A DNA stretch of 29,596 nucleotides, from positions 1 through 29,596 of the forward strand of contig JAOUEV010000046.1 of assembly GCA_029858565.1 (NCBI GenBank), given 5' to 3'. Positions 1 through 12,635 of the stretch are shown here, piece by piece. The DNA comes from Nitrospirota bacterium (GTDB lineage: Bacteria > Nitrospirota > UBA9217). The notes below the pieces were generated by a model, which worked only from the letters and a program-made list of their open reading frames with translations, did no database searches and had not been told where the DNA came from. Position 1 is the first letter of the stretch. The number at the start of each line of letters is the position of its first letter. The translations under genes were made by a program, and so were the position numbers.

Positions 1-6
1 CCCTAA

Positions 7-2085
7 GCCTGTCAGTGGTGCTATCTGGGCGCGATCCGAAAACTGAGCGAGGAAGAGGTTGGTTCGCTCACGGCGACGATGTGCCGGGGGAGCGAACTTG
101 GAATTCTGAAGATTGATGACGAGGATTCGCAGAAACCATGGGAAACAGCCGTCGTCGCATTGTCGCCGTCGGATTTTCCGGAAGCAATCGAAATAACCGA
201 AGCGAACATGTTGTATGTTCCCAAAGCGGGGATGTCGCAGAGGGCGCTGAACAGGCTCAAACGGCTGGCTGCCTTCAAAAACCCGGAGTTCTTCAGGGCG
301 CAGGCGATGCGGTTGCCGACCTTTGGCAAACCGAGGGTCATCTGCTGCGCCGATGAGACGGCGGAATATCTCTGTTTGCCGAGAGGATGCAGGGAAGAAC
401 TGGAATCGTTCCTGGCCGAACATCAAGTTGTTGTCACGGTGCGGGATAAGACCGATTTCGGCAGAAAGATCAACGTGGAATTCAAGGGGGTTCTGCGGGG
501 TGAACAATCGCGGGCACTGGAAAAAATGCTTGCCCACGAAACCGGCGTTCTTTCCGGGACAACGGCCTTTGGAAAGACCGTTGTCGCGATCAAGCTTATC
601 GCTGAAAGAAAGGTCAACACGCTGATCATCGTGAACCGGGCCGGTCTGATCGGCCAATGGCGAAAGAGATTGCAGGAGTTCCTTGTCATCAATGAAGCAG
701 GGCAGGAGACGATAAAAAAGGGAAGAGGGCGAAAGAGGGAGAAGAGCATCATCGGGCAATTGGGCCAGGGAAAGGCGGCGCTGAACGGCGTCATCGATAT
801 TGCCCTGATGCAATCGCTCTGCAGAATGGGCGAAGTCAAGGAGTGCGTGAAGGATTACGGCATGGTCATTGTCGATGAATGTCACCATGTCGCGGCTTTC
901 AGTTTCGAGGCGATCCTGAAAGCCGCAAACGCCGGATACGTATATGGTTTGACCGCCACGCCGGAGAGGAAAGACGGCCACCATCCGGTCATATTCATGC
1001 AGTGCGGGCCGGTGCGATTCCGCGACGATGCCAGGAAGCAGGCGGAACAAAGACCGTTCGAGCATTTCGTGGTGCCCAGGTTCACGCAGTTCCGTCCGCC
1101 GCTCGATCAGGAGGAGAAAGAACCGTCCATCCAGGCGCTCTATGCCGAACTCACTGTCAATGAATTCCGGAATCAGTTGATTGTCGACGATATCACAGCG
1201 AGCCACGAGCAGGGAAGAAACAACCTCGTGTTGACGGAACGGACGGCTCATGTGGATTATCTTGCGGGAAAGCTGAAGGAAAAAATACCGGACGTGCACG
1301 CTCTGGTCGGAAGCATGGGGGCGAAAGAGACAGGCGAGGTCCTCAGCCGAATTGCTTCTGTTCCCGCGGACCGTCCGCTGACGCTCATCGCCACCGGGAG
1401 GTACATCGGCGAGGGTTTTGACGAACCGCGCCTGGACACGCTTTTCCTGACCATGCCGATATCATGGAAAGGGACGCTGCAACAGTATGCAGGCCGGTTG
1501 CATCGGCTGTTCGATAGCAAGAAAGAGGCCCGGATCTATGATTACGTGGACGTTCACGTCCGAATGCTGGAAAAGATGTATCAGCGGCGTCTCAACGGGT
1601 ATGCCGCAATAGGCTATAAGATAAAAGCCGGAGTGGTCGAAACGGATTCGACCGACATTATCTTTGACAAGGGAAGTTTCCTGCCGGTGTTCACCAGTGA
1701 TATCTCCGCGGGGAAACGGGAGATCGTCATCGTAAGCCCCTTCGTCACCCGGAGGCGCGCCCTCCGGATGTTGCCGCTGCTCGAAGCAGCGGCGAAAAAC
1801 GGAGTGAGAATGATAGTCGTGACCCGCCGTCCCGAGGATTTCAAGGAAAAGGACGCCGCCGCTTTGCGGGAAACCCTGAAGTCGTTCGAGGACGCCGGCG
1901 TGCGCCTGGTATTCCGCTCGAACATTCACCAGAAGTTCGCCGTGATCGACCAGAGGCTTGTCTGGTACGGCAGCATCAATCTATTGAGCTACGGCGACGC
2001 GGAAGAAAGCATTATGCGCCTGGAAAGTCCCACTATTGCGAACGAATTGATTAAAATCACGGAGCGGACCGCCGGGAGTCGTTAA
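7..2085 (+). CDS. SF2 DEAD/DEAH-box (ResIII-like) helicase with C-terminal PLD-like nuclease domain; N-terminus probably missing at the window edge
   Basis: Walker A-like GTTAFGKT, motif II DECHH, motif III GLTAT, GEGFDEPRLD and QYAGRLHR; C-terminal HQKFAVID...GSIN (HxK PLD motif). The frame is open from base 7, upstream of the ORF-track Met at 79. Confidence 0.85.
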   Translation, partial: ACQWCYLGAIRKLSEEEVGSLTATMCRGSELGILKIDDEDSQKPWETAVVALSPSDFPEAIEITEANMLYVPKAGMSQRALNRLKRLAAFKNPEFFRAQAMRLPTFGKPRVICCADETAEYLCLPRGCREELESFLAEHQVVVTVRDKTDFGRKINVEFKGVLRGEQSRALEKMLAHETGVLSGTTAFGKTVVAIKLIAERKVNTLIIVNRAGLIGQWRKRLQEFLVINEAGQETIKKGRGRKREKSIIGQLGQGKAALNGVIDIALMQSLCRMGEVKECVKDYGMVIVDECHHVAAFSFEAILKAANAGYVYGLTATPERKDGHHPVIFMQCGPVRFRDDARKQAEQRPFEHFVVPRFTQFRPPLDQEEKEPSIQALYAELTVNEFRNQLIVDDITASHEQGRNNLVLTERTAHVDYLAGKLKEKIPDVHALVGSMGAKETGEVLSRIASVPADRPLTLIATGRYIGEGFDEPRLDTLFLTMPISWKGTLQQYAGRLHRLFDSKKEARIYDYVDVHVRMLEKMYQRRLNGYAAIGYKIKAGVVETDSTDIIFDKGSFLPVFTSDISAGKREIVIVSPFVTRRRALRMLPLLEAAAKNGVRMIVVTRRPEDFKEKDAAALRETLKSFEDAGVRLVFRSNIHQKFAVIDQRLVWYGSINLLSYGDAEESIMRLESPTIANELIKITERTAGSR

Positions 2086-2358
2086 CGGAGGAACAGGTCT
2101 CAACGGAGAGGAAATGATCAGCACTGCCTGTTTTCCATTAGACTGCTCGTGCTTGCTCCGTCATTGTGGCATCAGCAGGAGCTTACAAAATGATGATCTG
2201 GACAGGGGTTGCGGACCTGGAGGAGGTGGATGGTATGAAGTTCGTGTGCAAGCGATTCTCGAAAACAGCTATTCGGATATAATCAGGGGTTGGTAAGAAG
2301 CGGTTTGTTATGGTAATTTCGAAAAAATAAAAAAAATGAATTTTCTGTTAAAAAAGTA

Positions 2359-2387
2359 TTGACAGGTGAGGGGGCTTCCTGTATATT
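2359..2387 (+). promoter_or_regulatory. rrn promoter P1 (sigma70-type)
   Basis: TTGACA (2359)-17 bp-TATATT (2382), preceded by A/T tracts (UP-element-like) and followed by a GC-rich discriminator. Confidence 0.75.
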
Positions 2388-2489
2388 GCGCCCTCGTTCG
2401 TAGGAAAGCCTCGGGAAAAACCTCGATGTTTGAATACCCAACGAGCAGTTACTAGCATAAATAATTCTTTCACAACTCAATAAAAGTTC

Positions 2490-2518
2490 TTGACAAAAGT
2501 AGTGCGAGTCGCTAATAT
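2490..2518 (+). promoter_or_regulatory. rrn promoter P2 (sigma70-type)
   Basis: TTGACA (2490)-17 bp-TAATAT (2513). Confidence 0.65.
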
Positions 2519-2538
2519 TGCTATTCTGCGACACACAC

Positions 2539-2564
2539 ATGGTCTTTGAAAACTAAATAGGTGC
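2539..2564 (+). promoter_or_regulatory. boxA-like antiterminator and 5' arm of the 16S processing stem
   Basis: atggtctttgaaaactaaataggtgc pairs with gcacctatttagttttgaaggaccat at about 4302-4327. A second boxA-like ggtctttgacaact lies at about 4689, before the 23S. Confidence 0.7.
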
Positions 2565-2666
2565 TAATTCCAAACAGCTTTTTTAAAGCTTTTGGGGTCG
2601 GCGGGTTTTGAGTAGTTTTACCTGTCAAATTACCTTATAAGGTAACTTTGAATTATGGATCAGATT

Positions 2667-4235
<1,569 letters not shown>

Positions 4236-4402
4236 GACCTAGACGATGCATCATCTCCGGATGAGGTATCTGTCTCACATCCTGGTCGGTCCCGCCGACT
4301 CGCACCTATTTAGTTTTGAAGGACCATGAGCAATGCTCAGGGCTATAGGCATGGGCTCGGAGCTTTACCCCCGGGAAAAGTCCTGAGTCTGATAATCAGA
4401 AC

Positions 4403-4479
<77 letters not shown>

Positions 4480-4484
4480 AATCA

Positions 4485-4552
4485 AATGCGGAATGGATGA
4501 ATGCGGAGTGCGGAAGGAAATTCCGAATTCCATATTCCGAGTTCCTAAATTT
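4485..4552. repeat. Degenerate heptamer-repeat hairpin (ARTGCGG-like / TTCCGAA-like) in the tRNA-Ile/tRNA-Ala spacer
   Basis: aatgcggaatggatgaatgcggagtgcggaa, short loop, then ttccgaattccatattccgagttcctaaattt. The unit resembles the repeats in gspI/gspJ. Confidence 0.6.
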
Positions 4553-4557
4553 AAAAT

Positions 4558-4633
4558 GGGGCTGTAGCTCAGCTGGGAGAGCACCTGCTTTGCAAGCAGG
4601 GGGTCAGCGGTTCGATCCCGCTCAGCTCCACCA
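4558..4633 (+). tRNA. tRNA-Ala(TGC)
   Basis: GGGGCTG acceptor stem, anticodon TGC, GGTTCGA T-loop, encoded CCA. Confidence 0.98.
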
Positions 4634-4772
4634 GAATTCATAATTTTGATTCACAAGATTTCGGACACGCAGGTATGCGCTCCGATCTGGTCTTTGACAA
4701 CTGAATAAGCAAGGGTACAAGAAAAGCTGAGGCAACTCAAGAAACGCCGGATCTGCCAGAGGCAGATTCGGT

Positions 4773-7771
<2,999 letters not shown>

Positions 7772-7854
7772 ACTATTTATTATCTGCTTCTGGCAGATTC
7801 GGCTTTTCGGAATATCCTTGCTTATTCGTTGTCATCGTATTTTTGTCATAAGGT

Positions 7855-7972
<118 letters not shown>

Positions 7973-7980
7973 TATTTTAT

Positions 7981-8018
7981 AAGCCCGTCAGCTTTTGCTG
8001 GCGGGCTTTCTTTTTTTT
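7981..8018 (+). terminator. Rho-independent terminator of the rrn operon
   Basis: aagcccgtcagc-tttt-gctggcgggctt followed by a T-run. Confidence 0.9.
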
Positions 8019-8102
8019 GTACTGATAACCATATCCGTATATACATATGCGTTGAAGCACGGTATAATGGAAAAAACCTGTTTGTACTGAAAGGAGCTGC
8101 CA

Positions 8103-8288
8103 GTGGCGAAACCGAATTTCAGCTTCCAAAAACGACAGAAGGAACTGGCCCGACAGAAGAAGAAAGAAGAGAAGAAACAACGAAAGATGGAAAAGTCGCC
8201 ATCAGCTCCCGAGGACGGTCAGGAAGCAGCGACGGAAGGATCCCAGGGGGAGCATGCCCCTGCAGAAATGGAGCAGGGCAAAGAGTAG
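8103..8288 (+). CDS. Small Lys/Arg-rich hypothetical protein (MAKPNFSFQKRQKE...)
   Basis: AAAGGAG RBS before GTG and a TATAAT at about 8063. Basic coiled-coil-like N-terminus with an acidic tail. Confidence 0.75.
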   Translation: MAKPNFSFQKRQKELARQKKKEEKKQRKMEKSPSAPEDGQEAATEGSQGEHAPAEMEQGKE

Positions 8289-8324
8289 CGATAGGCCGGC
8301 AATACTTCATGAGAATAATAACGC

Positions 8325-8421
8325 TTGACTTACTCCCACGGGAGTGCGATTATATAACAAGAAGTTTCGGAAGTTATTTGCTCGCAAAACCGCAAAGACT
8401 TTTCGTCCTTGCGGTTTTTTT
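8325..8421 (+). promoter_or_regulatory. csp promoter and 5' leader with terminator-like hairpin
   Basis: TTGACT-17-GATTAT; hairpin aaaaccgcaaagac / gtccttgcggtttt followed by a T-run. Confidence 0.6.
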
Positions 8422-8469
8422 GTTGGCCCTTTCGTCATCTTCAAATTCACGAAGAAGGAGGAAATCATC

Positions 8470-8670
8470 ATGATCACAGGTACCGTGAAATGGTTCAATG
8501 ATGCCAAGGGATTTGGCTTCATTAGCCGTGAAGGTGGCGCAGACGTGTTTGTTCACTTCGGCGACATCCAGGACAGCGGATTCAAGAGCCTGGCCGAAGG
8601 CCAGCAGGTGCAGTTCGAGATAGTCGAATCGCCCAAGGGCCCCAAGGCCGCTAACGTTGTAAAGCTCTAG
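8470..8670 (+). CDS. cspA: Cold-shock protein (CspA family), 66 aa
   Basis: GTVKWFN, RNP1 KGFGFI, RNP2 VFVHF. AAGGAGG RBS places the start at 8470. Confidence 0.96.
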   Translation: MITGTVKWFNDAKGFGFISREGGADVFVHFGDIQDSGFKSLAEGQQVQFEIVESPKGPKAANVVKL

Positions 8671-8691
8671 GCTTTATACGTAGTTCACCCT

Positions 8692-8726
8692 AAGCAGGTT
8701 TCGGATTTTCCGGAGCCTGCTTTTTT
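8692..8726 (+). terminator. Rho-independent terminator after csp
   Basis: aagcaggtttcgga-ttt-tccggagcctgctt plus T-run. Confidence 0.8.
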
Positions 8727-8861
8727 ATTGTTCTCATGCCGGAAATAATCGATTGTGGAAAAACGGAGGCTGATGCGAATCCCTATTGCTAAGGAAAATC
8801 GTTGTAAAACTATATTATGATAGTGGCGTGGCAGTACGTGATTTCGCTCGATGCGAGGGCT

Positions 8862-9239
8862 TCAGGAACGATACTCAATGTTGACGCGGTACGCGAGAAC
8901 AGCATGGCCTGGATCCAATGAGTGGCGTGTTCCGTGGCAGGGAATGCGGCCTGTTCCCGAGGTTTTACGGCCTTTGACAAGCCCGTTGATGACCGGAGTA
9001 AGATCGAATCCGCCTTCAGCGCAACCGTCTCGAAGGCAGTTCATATGAAGCAGCGCATAGCTTGAGGGGGAAAAGTTTATCGTGCGTTCCATGAGGATGG
9101 GATCAACGGTCCGCTGGTAATAGGTCAACTTGCAGGCGATATTCGATACGCCGGGGAAGCGATCAGAGATCAAACCTGCCGCGAGCATGATGTTCTTCTT
9201 CTGTTCCTGCTTTTCACGATAGCTGGGTTTGTAGCTCAT
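8862..9239 (-). CDS. Hypothetical protein, 125 aa, possible Cys/His metal-binding motif
   Basis: GGAG RBS before ATG at 9239 (MSYKPSY...). Contains CLRDGC...IPCHG. Confidence 0.75.
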   Translation of the reverse strand: MSYKPSYREKQEQKKNIMLAAGLISDRFPGVSNIACKLTYYQRTVDPILMERTINFSPSSYALLHMNCLRDGCAEGGFDLTPVINGLVKGRKTSGTGRIPCHGTRHSLDPGHAVLAYRVNIEYRS

Positions 9240-9264
9240 AGACGATTCTCCAGGGAAAAAGGTG

Positions 9265-9363
9265 AACAAAAATGCCGCAAAAGACGCAGGTCTTTGCGGC
9301 ACGGCCTGTGCGATTTTCCAACTTCGCAAGATACATAGTCGTACTTTTAAAGCCGAAAAGCAA
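9265..9363 (-). promoter_or_regulatory. Promoter and terminator-like leader homologous to the csp leader
   Basis: On the minus strand: TTGCTT-17-GACTAT, then tgccgcaaagac / gtcttttgcggca followed by tttttgtt. Confidence 0.6.
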
Positions 9364-9718
9364 GAGCTTATTTCCCGGCCTAATTGCGAGAGACATTCTG
9401 TTTGGTCATGATATTATGAACCGGGCATGGTTTTCTCTTATACAAGCCCTCGGTGTTGAATGAGCATATTCACCTAAAGAACGCACCATCCAGATGATGA
9501 CCAATTTCGTGCAAAAAGTGCGCACGAATGTTTTGAATGCAACAACACGTCACTGATTGGCCATGCGCCCAGAGAGTATGACTGCGATAGATTGTCGTAT
9601 ATTGGTTCGTATAGACCATGTGGTCCATTCCAGAACGCTGATGGTCGTGTCGCGAGCCCGACTTCACATAGACTGCTAATGTAGAACTTCTTGCTCTTGT
9701 GGCACTTGATAAAATTCA

Positions 9719-9747
9719 TTGAAAAAGGGTTGTGATTGTTCCATAAT
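9719..9747 (+). promoter_or_regulatory. Putative sigma70 promoter of the radical SAM-mltA unit
   Basis: TTGAAA-17 bp-CATAAT. Confidence 0.5.
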
Positions 9748-9848
9748 GCCGAAGAAGGTATTTCGGCACAATTGCTGACGATCCGAGATGTACCGGCGGA
9801 TCTGCCTGTTAATCCGATCCAAAGTAATAAGCCACATCAGGAGATCCT

Positions 9849-11141
9849 TTGAAAATAGTGAAGAAAATAACCACCGCATCCAAACCGCGCGCTGATGTTC
9901 CGCGGCTTCTTGTGGCAGACCAAAAAGGTGATATATATGACGATCCCCGGTATCTCGCCAGCGGCATGGCGGGAGGGGATTTTGTTCAACTGAAGGCGTC
10001 CGATCTTATTCCGCTGCCTGTTGGCAGTCAGTTCTACTTCATTTCCAAGGGATTGCCGGTCGGATTCTCCAAAACGGGCGGTCCTGTTGTGCTCGATGGA
10101 GTCTATCCGGTCGCAGCGTTCCTGCCTCCTGGATACACGCGCACCTATTTTCCAGCCTATGAAGAAGTGCAGCCTGATCCGATTCTGCCGCTCTGGTCCT
10201 ACACCGCGGTCGCCTGGTACAAGGGGACGTTCCACGCCGCGGCTGTCCGGGTTGCCTGGATGAAGAAGGCCGATCCCAAACTGCACGATGATAATGTGAT
10301 CGGGCCGATCGTGACAGAGAAGCTCAAGCAGTTCCCGAAGAACCGGCTGCTCAAACACCTATCGAAATGCGCAATGTTCTACCATTGCTTTGCCGCGAAG
10401 AACATATTTGTTGGCCGATGGGAAGCCCCGCTTCCAACGTCGCCATCCTGCAATGCCCGGTGCATCGGGTGTCTCTCGCTCCAGGAAGGCGAGTGCTGTG
10501 CGTCCCAGGACCGGATCACTTTCGTTCCCACGCCACACGAGATCGCCGAGGCCGCGATCCCTCATCTCAAAACAGCCGAAGACCCCATTGTGAGCTTTGG
10601 CCAGGGATGCGAGGGCGAACCGTTGGTTCAATCAAGAACGCTGGTAAAGGCGGTGGCCATGATGCGCGACGCCACGTCGCGGGGCGTCATTAATCTGAAT
10701 ACCAACGGATTTTCATCGGACCGCATCAGAGCCATGCGGGATGCGGGGCTGGACAGCATCCGGATAAGTTTGAACTCCTGCGACCGGGAACGCTACAATC
10801 AATATTATCGCCCCCGGGGCTACAGGTTCGAAGATATGATGGAATCGGTCTCGGTTGCAAAGAAGATCGGTCTGTTTACGAGTCTTAACTACATCATTTT
10901 CCCGGGATATACTGACCGGCAGGATGAGGTTGACAAGTTGTTCAAGCTGATCGCAAAGACCAGGGTGGACCTGATCCAGATGCGAAACTTCTCTATCGAC
11001 CCGGCACTGTACATGAGGTCCGTGACCCGGCCGGAAGGCAAGGCCATGGGCGTCAGGAAACTCATCAGCATGTTGAAAAAAGAATTCCCGAAACTGAAGA
11101 TCGGATATTTCAACCTTCCGAAGAAAGACATGAAAAAATAG
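9849..11141 (+). CDS. Radical SAM protein
   Basis: CxxxCxxC (CNARCIGC), GQGCEGEP, NTNG motifs; AGGAG RBS before TTG. Confidence 0.9.
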   Translation: MKIVKKITTASKPRADVPRLLVADQKGDIYDDPRYLASGMAGGDFVQLKASDLIPLPVGSQFYFISKGLPVGFSKTGGPVVLDGVYPVAAFLPPGYTRTYFPAYEEVQPDPILPLWSYTAVAWYKGTFHAAAVRVAWMKKADPKLHDDNVIGPIVTEKLKQFPKNRLLKHLSKCAMFYHCFAAKNIFVGRWEAPLPTSPSCNARCIGCLSLQEGECCASQDRITFVPTPHEIAEAAIPHLKTAEDPIVSFGQGCEGEPLVQSRTLVKAVAMMRDATSRGVINLNTNGFSSDRIRAMRDAGLDSIRISLNSCDRERYNQYYRPRGYRFEDMMESVSVAKKIGLFTSLNYIIFPGYTDRQDEVDKLFKLIAKTRVDLIQMRNFSIDPALYMRSVTRPEGKAMGVRKLISMLKKEFPKLKIGYFNLPKKDMKK

Positions 11142-11214
11142 ATGCCCATTTTCGCACGGAGACGCAGAGGCGCGGTGAATGGCTATAGACAAGACCGCAC
11201 AGCATCCTGCAGAT

Positions 11215-12426
11215 ATGTATAAAATACTATTCAGCATATTGTCATGTGTCGTGTTTCTTCTGACGTCCTGCGCCAAACCGCCGGTGACCAAGCCGGAGTT
11301 TGCCCTGGAGCAGGTATCCTGGTGGCGCGCCGGGCTCAAGGCCGATGACCTGGAGTTCCAGGGCCTGGCCGAGGCGGCACGTCAGAGCATGGAGTACTAT
11401 AAGAGACTTCCCGCTGACTCGTCATTTGTTTTCGGGCCGATACGTGTTACCGCCGGAGATATGGTTGTGACGCTCCAGAATCTTCTGCTGATCGTCGAGA
11501 ACACATCGCTGACGCCCGAGCTAAAGGTCGAACAGATCAAGAACGGCTTCGACATCTATCGCTCCGTTGGATCGAATGGCAGGGGAAAGGTCTTGTTCAC
11601 CGGGTATTATGAGCCGGTGCTTTCCTGCAGACGGACCGCCGATGATACGTATAAATTCCCGCTCTACAAGCGGCCCGACGACATACTTGAGATCGACTTA
11701 TCGCAGTTTGGCGAGAACTTCGGCAAGGACCGCATCTTCGGCAGGCTGAACGGGAAGAAGGTAATCCCCTACTTCAGCCGTCAGGAGATCGATCAGCAGA
11801 AACAGCTTGCAGGGAAGGGGCTGGAGGTCTTGTGGTGCGCTGATCTTGTTGACATCTACACGGTCCAGGTACAGGGATCGGGCAAGGCGGACCTGGGAAA
11901 CGGCGAGATCGTCGGCATTCTCTATGACGGTCAGAACGGCAGGCCTTATCGCGGAATCGGCAGATATCTGATCGATAGCGGAGCGATCCCGAAGGAGAAG
12001 ATGTCCATGCCGGCGATCCGCGATTACCTGAAAGCAAATCCCGAGAAGCTTTTCGATATATTGCACCAAAATCCGAGCTACGTGTTCTTCAAGGTCGAGA
12101 ACAAGCTGGCTGTGGGCAATATCAATGTACCGCTCACCGCACGGCGATCCATTGCGACTGATTACCGTCTTTTCCCGAAAGGCGCGCTGGCGCTGATCAG
12201 GACGGAGAAGCCGGTCATCGCCGAGGACGGAACGGTCAAGGAGTGGAACGCGTTCACCCGCTTTGTGATGAACCAGGATACCGGCGGAGCGATCCGGGGG
12301 GCGGGGAGGGTGGACCTGTTCTGGGGCCAGGGCAAGGAAGCGGAATTGTCAGCGGGGTATATGCAGCAGGAAGGGAAACTCTATTTCCTTCTCCGGAAAA
12401 AGGAAGAGAGAAACGATTCTTGGTAA
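11215..12426 (+). CDS. mltA: Membrane-bound lytic murein transglycosylase A family lipoprotein
   Basis: Lipoprotein signal (LLTSC), FTGYYEP, QVQGSG, NPSYVFF, and 3D domain QDTGGAIRGAGRVDLFWG. Start is 11215 or 11179. Confidence 0.92.
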   Translation: MYKILFSILSCVVFLLTSCAKPPVTKPEFALEQVSWWRAGLKADDLEFQGLAEAARQSMEYYKRLPADSSFVFGPIRVTAGDMVVTLQNLLLIVENTSLTPELKVEQIKNGFDIYRSVGSNGRGKVLFTGYYEPVLSCRRTADDTYKFPLYKRPDDILEIDLSQFGENFGKDRIFGRLNGKKVIPYFSRQEIDQQKQLAGKGLEVLWCADLVDIYTVQVQGSGKADLGNGEIVGILYDGQNGRPYRGIGRYLIDSGAIPKEKMSMPAIRDYLKANPEKLFDILHQNPSYVFFKVENKLAVGNINVPLTARRSIATDYRLFPKGALALIRTEKPVIAEDGTVKEWNAFTRFVMNQDTGGAIRGAGRVDLFWGQGKEAELSAGYMQQEGKLYFLLRKKEERNDSW

Positions 12427-12635
12427 ATGCAGAGATATCAGAGCACACAGAGGATAGAAGAAGTTTTTTCTTGGATATCGAAGAAATCCCGCTCATGGAA
12501 TAGAGAAGTTCCACCAACCAGTCAAACGAAGCGCACGCTCAGCTGCACCGCAGGTAATTGGCATTTTCTCCTCAGCTAAGTTCGTGCCGGACTTTCGTTT
12601 CTCTGTGCGATTGCCGTGCCCTCTGCCGTAGAAGC

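Noticed and set aside
2086-2340. Short ORFs between the helicase and the rrn promoter
   Set aside because: No recognisable product or supporting signals.
8344-8469. ORF-track extended N-termini for csp (also gspG 23288, gspL 26318, gspM 28149)
   Set aside because: Downstream starts have clear RBSs and give family-typical lengths.
9400-9840. Long intergenic region with small hairpins, possible ncRNA or riboswitch
   Set aside because: No recognisable Rfam-type motif; the short ORFs lack RBS and coding features.
12490-12570. Minus-strand NYLRCS / GWWNF fragments resembling a GxxExxY C-terminus remnant
   Set aside because: Too short and split across frames to support without a search.
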